This document shows positions 1 through 13,489 of a DNA stretch of 64,000 bases, piece by piece. A program made the position numbers and the translations under genes. A model generated the notes under the pieces. The model did no database searches, was not told the DNA's origin, and saw only the letters and a program-made list of their open reading frames with translations. Every line of letters starts with the position of its first letter. Position 1 is the first letter of the stretch. The DNA is from Camelus dromedarius (lineage: Eukaryota). The stretch is from NCBI RefSeq assembly GCF_036321535.1, contig NC_087436.1, positions 31,746,001-31,810,000 of the forward strand, written 5' to 3'.

Positions 1-149
1 ACATACTTTTAGGGAAGCATCTTTGAGAGTTACTGTAATTAGTGCTTCAGGGAAATGCACATATAATTTCTCATTAGTTACTTAGGATGAGGAAAAAAAA
101 CGAGAATTACTGTTCTAGAGTCTACACTTCCAATAATGCAACTTGAAAT

Positions 150-830
150 CATGTTAGCTTTTTTGGAAGTTGAATCACACTGTTGGACAGATATTGAGCA
201 TGTTATTGACTAAAATCCTAAGTCTTTTCCGAAGGTTTTGCTGCTAAGGCATATCTTTGCCCCAGAGGTGAGACTGGTCATTTATCCCTTTTAAATTTCA
301 TTATACCATTACAGGGTGCTGAGGTCATTTTAGCTCCTAATTCTGTCATCCAGTTTGTTACCTGTAAGAACTATATCTGTTTCATTTTGCTTTACTGCTA
401 TATTTCTTGCATTCATGACCATTTTTTATTTACAGTGAATGCCATCTACAGGCTTGATAAACATGCCACCCATATTTTCATGAAAATCATTGAAAATATG
501 AGAACTAGACAGACCTGAGTAGTCAGTCTCTTAGAGCACACCAGTCACAACCTCCCATAATCAGTAACTAACCAGGACCCATGAGGCATGGTCAGTTGGC
601 CTGTTTTAAGTCTAGTCCATATTGCTGCTGCTACATACCACCATGGAAATGCCAAGGAAGACCTAGGCTTCTGCTTAGCATAAATTCATGTATCACAACT
701 GTCATGCTTCCCAGACCTAATTAGTAATCCTGTCCAAGAAGACAGTTAAGTTAGATGAATTTCTTCTTAGTAAATCTGTGTAGCATCCTAGTCACTGCCT
801 GTTCCTTTTACGTTGACTTAAAACCCTTAA
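150..830 (-). mobile_element. Possible ancient CR1/L3 LINE fragment
   Basis: Degenerate similarity to CR1 antisense motifs such as ttgataaacatgcc...tcattgaaaatatg; judged by eye. Confidence 0.35.
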
Positions 831-1108
831 CGTCCTTTAGTATGGCATCATGGAAGTTCTCAGTCAGTATTTCTATCCTTTATTCAAAGAATTTTTAAAA
901 GTGCATTAGAGTATAATATGATGTATAAGGAAATCTGTTAGCACTTAGGTCTGTGAAGATTAAAAATATGAGACTAAGATTTCCTTTCATATAAACTGTG
1001 CTCTAGGGGATAAAGGAGAATGAGAAGTCATGATCCCTTTTCTGCAAATAACCAAAAGAATCCATTGGAGAATCTTTCCCTGGATCTACAATAAACATGC
1101 TGATCTGT

Positions 1109-1330
1109 ATTAATAATGTCTATTTATTGAGCACCTATTATATGCAAGGCATTGTTCTAGCATTTTGGATTTATTACCTCACTTAATCCAACAAACCTGC
1201 CAGGAGGGTGTTATCATTCCTTTTCCAAAGGTATAAGGTATCGTAAAAATTAAACGCCTGTCCCAGGGTCGCATAGGTGAAAAGCGGCACTGCAAGCTCT
1301 CCAACCAGGTCTATCCAACACCAGATTTCT
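1109..1330 (-). mobile_element. MIR-like SINE fragment
   Basis: tttattgagcacctattatatgcaaggcattgttcta...cctcacttaatcc matches antisense MIR tail and core. Confidence 0.6.
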
Positions 1331-1925
1331 ACTGCCAACATTGCATCCTTAGGGTTTGCGGAATTCATGCTTTTGACATCTCTCCCATTTGCTGACAGTG
1401 ACTGAGAGGTTCCCTGAGTGCCCTGAGACTTATTTCCTCTGGGTCAGGAGGCCAGAACTCACTGTAAACAGCTAGGTGCGCTCATACAAGTGCTTCACAC
1501 ATCCTAGACTTCAGGAAACCCTTACCAATGTCTGTTCTGTCCTTTTCAATTCAGGTATTTGTGTTCTTGATAGAAAATGCAGACGTAAAATAGATTTGGA
1601 AAATTCTACGTTCACCTTTTCATTCATCAACTTACTATGAGTCTGAGGTGCAAATGAGACTTTCTTTGCCTTTTCTGACTCTGAGTCTAACCCAAAAGCC
1701 TTTTTGTTTATCAAATTATATGCATTATGTAGAAAACTTCCTAAGAAGAGCATCTTCATATCTAGTGGGATTTGGGTTATTTTTTTACCTAGAAAGGAAA
1801 TTGGCCATAACCTAAAAAGTTGGGTAACTTTCATGGAAAATGTAGATCTAAGCAAAGGAACTCATATAAATTAGTGGGCTACCCCCTTTGAAGTTTTCCA
1901 AATTTCTTTATTAGCCTTATAAAGC

Positions 1926-3047
1926 TTTTTTTTTTAGTTAAAGCATACTTGATGTACAATATTATGTTATAGGTGTACAATATAGTGATTCAAAAATTTT
2001 AAAGGTTTTATTCCATTTATAATCATAAAATATTGGCTATATATCTATTGCGTTGTACAATATATCCTTGTAACCCATCTTATATGTAATGGTATGTACC
2101 TCTTAATCCCCCCCATATTGCCCCTCCCCCGTTCCCTTTCCCCATAGGTAACCACTAGTTTGTTCTCTATACCTGAGTCTGCTTTGTTATACTCATTTAA
2201 ATTTTTTTTTAGATTCTACATATAAGTAATATCATATAGTATTTGTCTTTCTCTTATTTCACTTAGCATAATGTCCTCCAAGTCCATCCATGTTTCTGCA
2301 AATGACAAAAATTCCATTCTTTTTTATGGCTGAGTAGTGTTCCATTGTGTGTGTGTGTGTACACACACCGCATCTTCTTTATCCATTCATCTGTTGATGG
2401 ACACTTAGGTTGCTTCCTTACCACGACAATTGTAAATAATGCTGCTGTGAACATTGGGGTGCATACATCTTTTCAAATTAGTGTTTTTGTTTTTTTCAGA
2501 TATATACCCAGGAGTACAATTGCTGGGTCATATGATAGTTGTTTTTAGTTTTTTTGAGACACTTCCATACTGTTTTCCACAGTAACTGTACCAATTTACA
2601 TTCATAGCAACAGTGTACAAAGGTTCCCTTTTCTCCAGATCCCTGTCAACATTTATAATTTGTGTTCTTTTTGACGATGGCCATTCTGACAGGAGTGAGG
2701 TGGTATCTTATTGTGGTTTTAATTTCCATTTCCCTGATGGTTAGCGATTTTGAGCATGTTTTCATGTGCCTGTTGGCCATCTGCATTTCCTCTTTGGAAA
2801 AACATCTATTCAGTTCTTCTGCCCACTTTTTAATCAGGTTGGTTGTTTTTTGGATATTGAGTTTTATGAGCTGCTTATATATGTTGGATATTAATCCCTT
2901 ATTGGTTATATCATTTGCAAATATTTTCTCCCATTCAGAAGGTTGTCTTTTTGGTTTGATGATTTCCTTTGCTATGCAAAAGATTAAGTTTAATTAGGTC
3001 CCATTAGTTTTTATTTCCTTTGCTTTAGGAGATAGATCAAAAAAAAA
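1926..3047 (-). mobile_element. 5'-truncated LINE-1 (ORF2 C-terminus plus 3' UTR)
   Basis: Minus-strand translation MFTAALFTI..KQPKCPSTDEWIKKM is the typical L1 ORF2 C-terminus. Poly(T) at 1926 is the poly(A) tail. Confidence 0.92.
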
Positions 3048-4129
3048 TTGACAGATTTCTTTAATAGGTGGTGACAGTTTCACCCAAAAGTCGTATCTAC
3101 CACATAAATATCCACCACCAAAATAATGTTAAATTGAGTTTAGCAATTGTAAAGTTGTTGATAGAATATTGTATGATTTGCTGTGTCAAAGTAGGCATAG
3201 TATTTTAAAGCAAAGTGTTTGAAAGGTATTTACTCACTTCTACTATTTGGGACTAGTTGAGGTAAAGATACGACCACAAGCATTTGATATGAAAAAGAGA
3301 AGCTCAAACAACTGAAACAGTAAAGCTGGAGCAGAGCCAAAATGAGTGAGAAAAGGAAAGCACTTTGTTTCACACTGGCATAATCCAGAAATTGGAACCA
3401 TCAGCCAAATTAATGGGTAAAATAATAATTAACCCATAATTATAAATGTACTATTTAAAACTCAGCCATATATAAGCCAAGTAGTAGTGAGACTATCAGG
3501 ATACATTAGAGATACATTAGGAATGATAGTACACATTATTTTTTTCTTTTATCTTTACTATTTAATTTGGCATTGCTTGACTTATTTGTAAAAACTAACC
3601 AGACTTATAAGTTATATCACAGAAATACTGGTTTGAAGGTTTTACATAGCATCAATTTAAAATCCTAAGACACTGGTCCTACTTGGAGATTCATCATCAA
3701 AACTATGTGATTTTAAATAATTATCTTCAACTTTCCAAGCAATGTGTCAGGATATAGAGCAAATTAAGTTATTCTTTGAGTTCCTGACAGCAGTGCTACT
3801 GTCTTTGATCTTATATGCATATATTTTGTATCTATAAATATGTGTATGCATGAGTGTCAGTGTTACACTGCTGTGTGTGACACTGATTCCATTCTCCCAA
3901 GAGGAAGGCAGGGACTGATCAACCACAGGCTGACTATATTGCTCATTAGCCATTCAGGTACATTCGTAGTCCGTTCAGCCAGTACGTTAACATTATATTT
4001 TAAGCCAAGATAGTTTTACTTCATAGAAATTCATTGAACTGAAGTTCACATGTATAGTCCTCAGTATACCTAAAAACACATGAACTGCTTTATGTGACGT
4101 CTTTTTATGTTCTGAGAGGCAGCGGGGCC

Positions 4130-4330
4130 CAGGGAGCTCGCCACAGCCTGGGTGGGATAGAGTCCCAGCTCTACCACCTCCTGACCTTAAGCAAATTAAT
4201 TTCTGTGCCTCAGTTTCTTTATCTGCAAATAGATAATAGTACCAAACTCACATGCTGTAAGGTTTAAACGAATTAATATGCATAAAATGCAAAGCAGTGC
4301 TTTTGCCATTTGATAAGCCCTTTGTAATTA
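4130..4330 (+). mobile_element. MIR SINE
   Basis: Core motif ctgtgcctcagtttctttatctgcaaatagataatagtacc. Confidence 0.75.
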
Positions 4331-5769
4331 TCTGCAAAAGTGTGGAGGTTCTCTGATGACTATGTGGAATGTCAGTTTTTATTGTAGAAGTTATCACTAT
4401 GGAGATAGCGTTGGCAAGGTTGCAGCTAATTAGGAGGGATTCATTTCAGCAAGACTTGAATCAAAGCAACCAGGTAAGAGGCTGCTGCAAATTCCAGGCA
4501 AGAAATGATGAGGCGTAAACTATATGGCAAGCGGTACTGGGATTAAGAAAAGCAGAAAAAAAAACACTGAAGAGATATTACATGTAACACATAGACCTAG
4601 AGCACCATTTGGCTGCGGGAGTTGAGGAAGAAAAGACTCACAAAGAACTCCCAGGTTTCAGGTGTGGTTCAAAGCAGGATATAGCTAAGGAATGAGAACC
4701 AAAACTCAAGTACCTGCATATATCCAAGGGGAAATGCCCAGCAGGCAGTCCAGTAGAACCCAGGGAAAGCTGGATTGCAGCGACAGCAAACTCAGCAGCA
4801 CAGAGAACGGTCCAAGTCAAGGAAGTAGGTAACAGATTTGCTTTTACCCTCTTTTTCAGTCAAAGCTCTGTTCTGCCCCAGACTGGAACACATCATCCAA
4901 TGCAGTTCTGAGCATTAAAGGGAAATCATATTGAAGATTTCAGCCTTGAAGTTAACTGTGAAGCTTGCTGCAGATGGCTAATGTTTCAAAGGTGGGAACC
5001 GTTTTCTAAGTGATCTGGGTAAAAATACAGAACATGAGTCTCTGGTGTCACATTTCCCATCACAAGTTGCAGAATTGCCAGCGATAGGCCCTTCTTTTAG
5101 CTCCTGGGGATTTTTGCTTCCCTAGGGAACTATTGTGGTTATTCAACTTTAAGACCTTGTAGGAAGAATCACAGTTATTTCTCTCTGGGGTCTTACTCAG
5201 AGCAAGCAACATGAAAGTAAATAGTCACTAAGGAGGAACAAGGAGAAATAAACAACCTTTTAGCCAAATGTATGAGGAATTCATATTAAAAAAAAAAACT
5301 GGCCAAATTTTTTTAAATTGTAAATTAAGGACAGTACCACTACCCTGCTGTGGCTCCTGTTTATCATAATCCACATGAGAATATGTAACCCTCACCAACT
5401 AATTTTGCTGTTCCCAACACAAAGAAAGGTACATGTCATTATATGCTAATGTCTGCATGTAGTGGTTGAGTAAATACTGTTTCAAGCAGGGAGAACACCA
5501 AACTAGAAATTAGAACTAGGGCCTTGACCCAGTTCTGCCAGTGCCTTATGCTGTGATCTTGGACATGTCTTCTTTGTAAAAATGAAGATCTCTCTTCTTT
5601 GCCCTAATGTTTCAGAATTCTGTGATCAAAGGAATGCATTTAATGAAACTGCTCTTTGAAAGATTGTTTTTGAGAACCTTATTAAGTACAATCACCTTGT
5701 CACTCAGGAATAACATTTTTTGCATCAGAGGGCTCATCTGTCAACATTATGTTGGAAAATTAATGTCCT

Positions 5770-6000
5770 GTTCCTAATCACAAATAGCCTACCGCTTACT
5801 AAATGCCTACTACAGCTTTATGCTAGATGCTCTGTGAGCTTGCTTCAAAAAACCACAGCAACCCCAGGGAGTCAGTGGATGTCATCCTCTTTACAAAAGG
5901 TAAGACTAAGGCTGCTAAAGGCTAGGGGACTTGGGAAAGGTCACTCGGCTGGTAAACTATAGTTCAGCCTTCAAACCCATCTCTCCAACCTTGAAGTCTA
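5770..6000 (-). mobile_element. MIR SINE
   Basis: Antisense core tttacaaaaggtaagactaaggct...aaggtcac. Confidence 0.55.
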
Positions 6001-6295
6001 AATTGTTTCAACTGGTTGTTTTCAGATCTAAAATTGTATTCTGGAAAGAACTTCAGGTGGGGAACACTAAAATCAAACCATTATCATTTGTCAGGGTCTC
6101 ACCATCAGAGTTGAGCTGGAAAGCAGTCCAGAGGACGTGTGCTCTTCCTCGGTCTTATGTTCTCATTCAGCTGAGACAGTCGGCAGAAGCTGCCGTCGTG
6201 TAAGCATATACGTGTACAGCTAAGTCATATACATCTAAATAGTCAGCAAAAGCAGATTTCAAGACACTTTAAAATGTACTGCAAAATGTACAGCA

Positions 6296-6301
6296 TTTAT
6301 T
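6296..6301 (-). terminator. Poly(A) signal of the long isoform (3' UTR about 2.9 kb)
   Basis: AATAAA on the minus strand with a UGUA element just upstream and U/GU-rich sequence downstream. Confidence 0.8.
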
Positions 6302-9178
6302 CACATACAGACAAAAAGGCACAAATTCTACTAAATAGTTCAACAAAAAATACAGCTGTCCTCAACTAGTTTTATAAATACTTTCAAAAAGGGGGTAGAA
6401 ATAAATACAGGATTGGGCCATGTAATATAAAATAGTCATCTCTACATATACTTTGTTTAATTCTGATTTTTAACTCTTCATGCACCTTTTTTTTCAATTT
6501 TAGCTGAATGGACACCAAGCTAGGCACATAGTGAAAAATCCTCTGTACAAGGTTACAAATGTAATGACAAATTTGTCCATTTCAAAATAATTAAGATTTG
6601 TACACAACACATAAAACCCTTCATTTAGATTTTGTGTTTATAACCTAACAAATGACATTCCAGGCAACTTTACAAAAGTTTAACTAGCCTACATTTTGAC
6701 ATAATACACTGATCATAATCAAAGATATTTCTTGGTCAGGATGCACAAGGAAAGATAAAGCTTTGGAAAAAAAAGAAAAGAAAAAGAAGAAAAGAGCAAA
6801 TGGTTCCATACTCAGAGTGCAGGTGGGCAGGTTGGGCTGGTTGCGCTCATGGCCACCTCATACAGAGTTCCCAGCAGGACATGAAACTAACTTAACTTAC
6901 AAAGCTATCATTACACTGTCAGAGAAACCGTGCTCTGTACCATTTGCATTTCAAAGCAGGAATAGAAAGTGTGGGCTTTTTATTTTTGTGTGTTTTGTTT
7001 TTGTGTGGGTTTTTTTTATTTTTTTGTTTTGTTTTGTTTTGTTTTTTGGTTCAGCATAACTTGGAACGTTTGAAAGCTTTTCAACCTAAATGTGGGGAAA
7101 AAACAGGTAAGGCATTATTTTTGCACACAACTAGCATTCCTAATAGTGCAAATGAATCTGGTACCTCTTATAATGGTGAGAGGTCATATACTTACTAGAA
7201 TTAATTTAGATTTTCTTTCTATGGCTTGACAAATTATCCCTCTATATATTCTGCTGTCATCCAGGGCTGTTGCTGTAGTCAAAAGATAACTGTAGATAGA
7301 GTCCACCTTCTGTATTCAGCAAAAGGTTTTTGCTCATATGCAAAAAATTTGATTTTCCAATTCTGCTGTGAGTGAATGTACAACTTGGATTCATAAGAAA
7401 CTTCTAGTATCTACAGCGACAGTTTATCTAGACAACAATCTTTCAAAATGAGCCCCATAGCTCAAAAATAGTCAATCTAAAAACCTGGGTCATTCTTTCC
7501 CCTCCCCTGAATTAGCTTAAAATGTATTCGAAAAGTTAAGACTTGGTTTGAACATGTCATACATACAATGGGGATGTATCAGATCTACTATTTGATCATC
7601 TGATAAAACTTGCATAGCAAGATGGAATTCAGTAAGCCATTTTCATTGTTGACAATCATCTGGAAGACTTGGAAGTTAACTACAGAACTCAAGCACTATT
7701 TATTAAGTATCAGAATGTCCCTGCCACATGGAAACAGATGTGTAAATGAATCAGGAATCTGAATACTGATACTAACAAACTAAGGGCTAATTTAGGGAAA
7801 GTTGGGCTTGTTCCAAGTGCCCATACGTCTAAATCTCATTGCTACTTAAACTTTCCTTCTCTTAAGTTTGAGTCACAACTACATAGAATTCCAAAGAAAA
7901 TTAAACAGGACCTTAACACTATCCACTGTCTTAATACATAATGCACTGCAGTGAGTGCAGAAACAGAACATTGTACTCAAATTTAATGCTAACTTTATTA
8001 TTGCTGATAACTTACTAGTTATTGCCATTTGCAATCAGAAAGTCCAAGTTACGAATTAGAGCTTAGAACTCTGACTCCAGGAAACCTATTACACTTCAGT
8101 CTCTTTCCTGTGTAACCTTGGTCAATGGTAAGAGGTTATCGCAACTTATTGCCTTTCTATTGTTTTTAAAATATAACCTATTTTGCTTTTTATCCCTTTT
8201 TTGTTTTTCATTTTTTTCCTTTTTCTTAAGGAATCCATCCATGTTGGAAGGCCGGATTCCCCGACATATGCACTAGTGGTTGGCTCTGGGAAGTATGAGT
8301 CACCAGAGTCTGGAAGTTCATGGCTTGAACTTGAATAGCCATTGTGTTGTTGGAAGCTGGATGGCCAGGGAAATCCCAAGCTGGCCCGAAGGCAGTGGTT
8401 AGGGAGGAGGAAGGCCTTGAGAGGACTGGTGACCACGAGGCCTCAGTGGCCCTTTCTCACGGCCTCACTCTCCACCAGCCCCACGTGCACGACACGTTCA
8501 AGGGCTTCCGGCAGCAGGACCTTGCTTACATTTGCCCTAAACCTCCGAGCCCCAGCAGCTCTACCCTGTCCCTTCAGATCTTCCAGTAATGACCTTTCTT
8601 AAAATGTTCTCTTCCCCGTCTCTATTTACACATGAATTCCCTAGAGTTCCTGAAGCTTCCGAGCTACTGCCTGTATACTATGACGCAACAAAAACAGCCT
8701 TGTGGGCCAAAGTATAAATGTGATTTCGAGATCCAACACAGTCCTAGAAAATAAGTTTTATGGGCTATTAAATGGTACGTGAGGGTTTCTCAAGAATCAT
8801 ATCTGATTCCATATATTCAGGTCACCAAGTTTGTGCTTTGGGAAGAATACAGAGGGCAGTAAAAGCTCATGAGGCTTATTTAAGCCTTGCCCTCTATAGA
8901 AACTTATTTCAATTAATTCTCATTTTAGTGTTTAATTCAGCCTCTAGTTTTAGCAGTGTCTTATGGTTACAATCTACTCTTGTGTTTCCTCAACAAGTTG
9001 CAGATAACACACACTTCTCACAATGATTTATAAATGACTCTGAAAAAAAATTCAATCTGAATTGCAAGTAAATGTGTTTGTGTAGCTCAGGAGAGAGAGG
9101 TCTCTGCTCGTGCCCCGTGTCAGAGCTCTCGTCTACTTGGTGACAAGCCGGCGGTGCTCCCACAACAGCTCTGCTTCA

Positions 9179-10086
9179 TTAAGAGGCCAAAATGCTTCTC
9201 CTGATAATGTCTGTCCTCCTGCTGATAGTGCTGCTGGCATGTATGCATTTCTTTTCTGATGCCTCACTCTCTGAGTCACTCATTTCTACGTCAGGGACAT
9301 ACCCGTCATTCTCACTGTCAGATTTCAATTTGCTTTTCGCCCTTTCCTTGGCTGGAACTCGGCCTAAGCCCAAATAGGGGTAGTCTGAGTGCTGGTGGCA
9401 GGCCCCCTCCTGGGCCTCTCCCTGCTGCTGCCGTTCCCCCTTCTTTGGAATCCGGAATCCTCCCCAGTTTTTCACTGGGCTGGCAGGTGTTGTAGGCACT
9501 TTGACTGCAGTCTGGTTATAGTTTACTTTGATTAGGGAGCCGTTACACTTGGGCACCATCTCCTTCCTTGTGCCGGGTGCTGACGGCCCCCCTCCAGGGG
9601 AGGTGGCAGCTCTTGTGCTGTCCAGATGCCTCTGGGACACGTCTGTGGACCTGAGAGGCTTGTGACTCTGTTTAAAAGGTCTGTCCTTTAAGTCTCCCTT
9701 ACTAGGATCACAATGAAAACGGTGGTCTCTTCTGTTCCCGTGGTCTGGCATCACCACACCGTTTTTCTGTTGTGCTGACATGAGACGTGCTTCTGCAAAG
9801 GTCTTTTCAAAACTCAGAAAGCTCTCTGTGCCCGCCGTCCCCTCCCTTCTACCACACAGGTCTGGCTGCTTGAGCAGGCTTTTGCCTTCACTCGCGGTGC
9901 TGTTCTGCAGTGGGTCTCGCTTATGGGGCTTTTTCAGCGAGTGAACCAAGGAGGTACCCATCTGCTTCCTGAAGAATGCAGAATGCCACTTCAAGTCCTC
10001 TATCTTGGGAGCATCAGGGCCCACAGAAGGACTGTTAAACAAAAGCATGTTTTCCAGTGAGGAGGAGGAGCAGGAAGAAGGCACAC
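9179..10086 (-). CDS. JADE1: JADE1 last coding exon, long isoform ([10 protein letters not shown]...RRSILAS-stop)
   Basis: Lies in ORF 9179..10105; atag acceptor at 10088-10087; TAA at 9181-9179; 908 nt, total 2529 nt = 842 aa plus stop. Confidence 0.97.
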
Positions 10087-13000
10087 CTATGAACATATAA
10101 ACCACAAATAAAGAAAAATTACAGCAGCAGCAGAGCCAGAGGAATGAAATTCTAGGTCTTCAGCATGGCCCCACTATTGCAAACTTCCCACCCAACAGTA
10201 CAGCATACAACCACCAGTTTAAAAAATTTGGTTTTTATAATAAAGATATTACCTGCCTTGAGAATCTGCATTCAGTCTACATACTTAACAGCTGAAGTTC
10301 ATGTAATTTTTTACAAAACACCACCTTTTCAAGGAATACATTTCCTGGTCAAGCAGAATAAGTGATCTGATTTTCAGCTGGGATTCACTGCAGAATCCAT
10401 CCATGGTCAAGAAGCTGCCTCCACCCTCCCCCCAGTCACAGGACAGCACCTGCCGTGCGCTACGGTCTCCTGCCTCACCTACATGCTAGGAGCGCCACAA
10501 CCACGAGGGCGGGGACTGGGGCTTCTAAGTTTCCTTTTCCAAAGTATCTACACCCTCACAGGGCTGTGAGGATAAACACATGTAAATTGTGAAATGAATA
10601 AAGGAAGGGTGTTTAAAATCATTCTTGACATGGAGTAAATGTTTTTAACAAATGTTTACTGTTATATGTAAAACCCATTTATGAAATTAAACTGAACTGT
10701 TATCCAACATAAGTTAAATTGATGTCTTTCAAACATGCAAATCACAGTAAGAACTAAATTTCACAGTGTAACACCCAGTGAAAGTTCACTTTTCATGCAG
10801 TCATATTGGCCATCACCTGCTATGCACGCTGACATTGTCTGTTGTTTCCCTTGTTTTAATACTGATGGTGACCTGCTGGACTCAGCTCACAACCTGCTAA
10901 TAAATCGTAACCCTCAGTCTGAAACACACTGGGTGAACTCATAACACACTGGAGTTCATCAGAGGGACCACATTCCTGCAGGAGCCTCTAGGGCATCCAC
11001 AAAGAGCAGTGTTCACATTTTCTGTCTCCCATGAGGAATGAACCACAGGAAAACAAGGCTCTGCCCCAGAGTGCAGGCAGGCAGGCAGGTGCCCGTGTTG
11101 AGAACCAGGGCTGGGCGGACAGGACACTGCACGCAGGCGGCAGAGAGCTAGTGACTCTCCACCTAAAGCCGTCCTGAGTGCGGGGAGGGGGTTTACAGGT
11201 GCTGGCTCGGGATTGCCTGCCTCCTTAAAAATCAAACATAGGGTCGGCCTTCACACCACGCTTCTAGTTCTTTTACTCAGTCACCTACTGTGGGAAAAGA
11301 GATAAGGGACTGACATTTCCTGAACTCTGATTTCTATCTCCTTGACTGGGACCCATGTCTCCAAAGAGCCTCTGATTCATGATTCACATGAACACTGTCT
11401 CCACTGAGGCCACTCATCCAGCAGAACGGCCCTGCCCATTCTCAGAATCACGACAGTTTAAACCTTGGACCCTTGTCCCAGTGTAAGTCATGGCCATCTG
11501 CTCTGCCTCACCTGGAATCCTCTAGCGCAATTACAAGGCAGGTCAGGGTGAGGCACAAATGAATAAGAACACAACTGAAAGTCTAGAACTGGAAGAGAAG
11601 ACATCCTAGGGGGCTGTCACTTCATTCCCTGTCGGAGTTCACAAGATTACCATTGTTTTCAACCCATCATACCTGGTATGGTTCACGGCAGGGAAGACCC
11701 CTTCGTCCTGGAATAGCAGCAGGACTGCTGAACATAGATCGCATTAGCTCTGTTACACAAAACACTACCTAACCGTGCTAAGACTCTCACTTACGCAACC
11801 TAAAAACTCAGCCATAAAATGCAAAAACTGCAAACAAACAAAAAGCTCCCCACAATAAAAATGAAAAATGACTCATAAATGAAATTAGATGAAAATGCTC
11901 TTTACAGCTTATTTCTATAGGTAATCACTCGTTACAGAACGACTTCTAACAAGAATCACAGGTCTGTAATGGTGAAGCTCCACAGGCACCAGCGGAATGA
12001 ATGATTCTGGACACTGAGCAGCAGCCCGGCCTCTACTGCTGGAGGCCACCTCCAGCTGGGCCCTCATAGGAGGACACAAGTCCAGGGAGAAAACGGGTCC
12101 CGCTTATTTGCATTCCGGGGGGAACAATGAAGGGACAGAAGTTCACGTGAAAGAATCTGAGTCAAACTGCTTTTACCTAGGATACCCTACTTAGAAAAAT
12201 TTATTTTAAAAGTTTTACAATTAAACTCTAAAGTCTGGTTGATGATATAAGACTGATCCATCTGGAAAATATTTACTCTTGGGAAGGAAATATCTGGGAT
12301 AATATTATTATTAATGCTACTAAGTTAATGCTATCAAAACGATGTAACACTTCAAGAATATCATTTAAAACTCCCTAGGCTTTTTTCTCTCTGTTCGGCT
12401 GACCAGTTTACCTCTAATCACATATATCTGGTTTGTGTTAGGTAAACCGGAATTCAGATTCCAACAATTAGGTTATAACAACTTCTTTGTTGTAAAATAA
12501 TCTATGGAGACAAAAAAGCCACAAAAGCAGGAGGAGGAAGGAGTGAGCTGGCTGAGTCCCCACCAGGCCAGCAGTGCAGGTGCCACAGCTCTAACTTCAA
12601 GGGCAGCAGACACTAACTCGCTCACCTGAGACCTGCCCACTCGCAAGTCGTGGTTCTACCTGCTCCACACTCCTTGTAACTTATGCCTGCATTCCGGGGC
12701 TTCTGATCACAGACCATTAGTGCGGAAAGGCACTTCAGAGGCTGGGATTCTGGACTAAGCCTCTTTATCAGATCACAAGTCCCAGCGAGGTTAAACAACA
12801 GGCCCAACAGTGCCCTTGATCTCAAAGTCACTGAAGTGTTCTCCAGGAGAGGAAGTCCCTATCTTAGTTTTCCTTTTCCCTTCGCCAGAGCAATGCAGAA
12901 TAGACGGCTCTAAATAAATACATACTTTGTGCTGAATCTCCAAAATATTCAAAATTCCAGCTACACCAAAAAAAGTCCACTGTGAATGTTACCTAAACAT

Positions 13001-13489
13001 GGCTATGTGTCTTAAGTACACAGCCTTCAGATACATTTACTGCACGTTACAGGTAGATCCAAAGGCTAGATAACCTATAAATCTCTTTAGGTGATCCTGT
13101 GACCCTTTACATTTACCAAGTGCTTTGCAAAAAGTAAGTTACTCTTTCATTTGAGTCTCATAGTAGTTCCCAGGAGGGAGCCATACATACCGTCCTCCCG
13201 TTACATATGAGGGAATGGGGGAGACTCAGAAAACTTAAGACTTGCTTGTGTTTGGCCTGTAAGTTAAGAATACAGGATTCGACCCATGAGGCCAAATTCA
13301 CAGCCCTCTCCCCAACACCGTGATGCCTCAAATGCCTAAAGATTTTCTTCAGTGATGAAAACCTGTGCTGCTTTGATTCTTCGTAGGATATAAAGAAAAT
13401 TAAAGAAACTAGCATTTTCTTCCTTAACAAAGCATTAAGGCTTACAAACCCCTGCCCTATTGTTTGACCTACCAGGGCTTAATGCATAC

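Noticed and set aside
2263..2997. ORFs of 63-111 aa, one hydrophobic
   Set aside because: They are sense and antisense translations of the decayed L1, not genes.
1902..3067. Possible L1 TSD atttctttattag / atttctttaatag
   Set aside because: The left copy is 11 bp away from the poly(T) and the sequence is AT-rich, so the match may be chance.
1..6200. Coding exons of the expected convergent neighbour SCLT1
   Set aside because: No recognisable coiled-coil coding exon; the region is mostly repeats and AT-rich flank.
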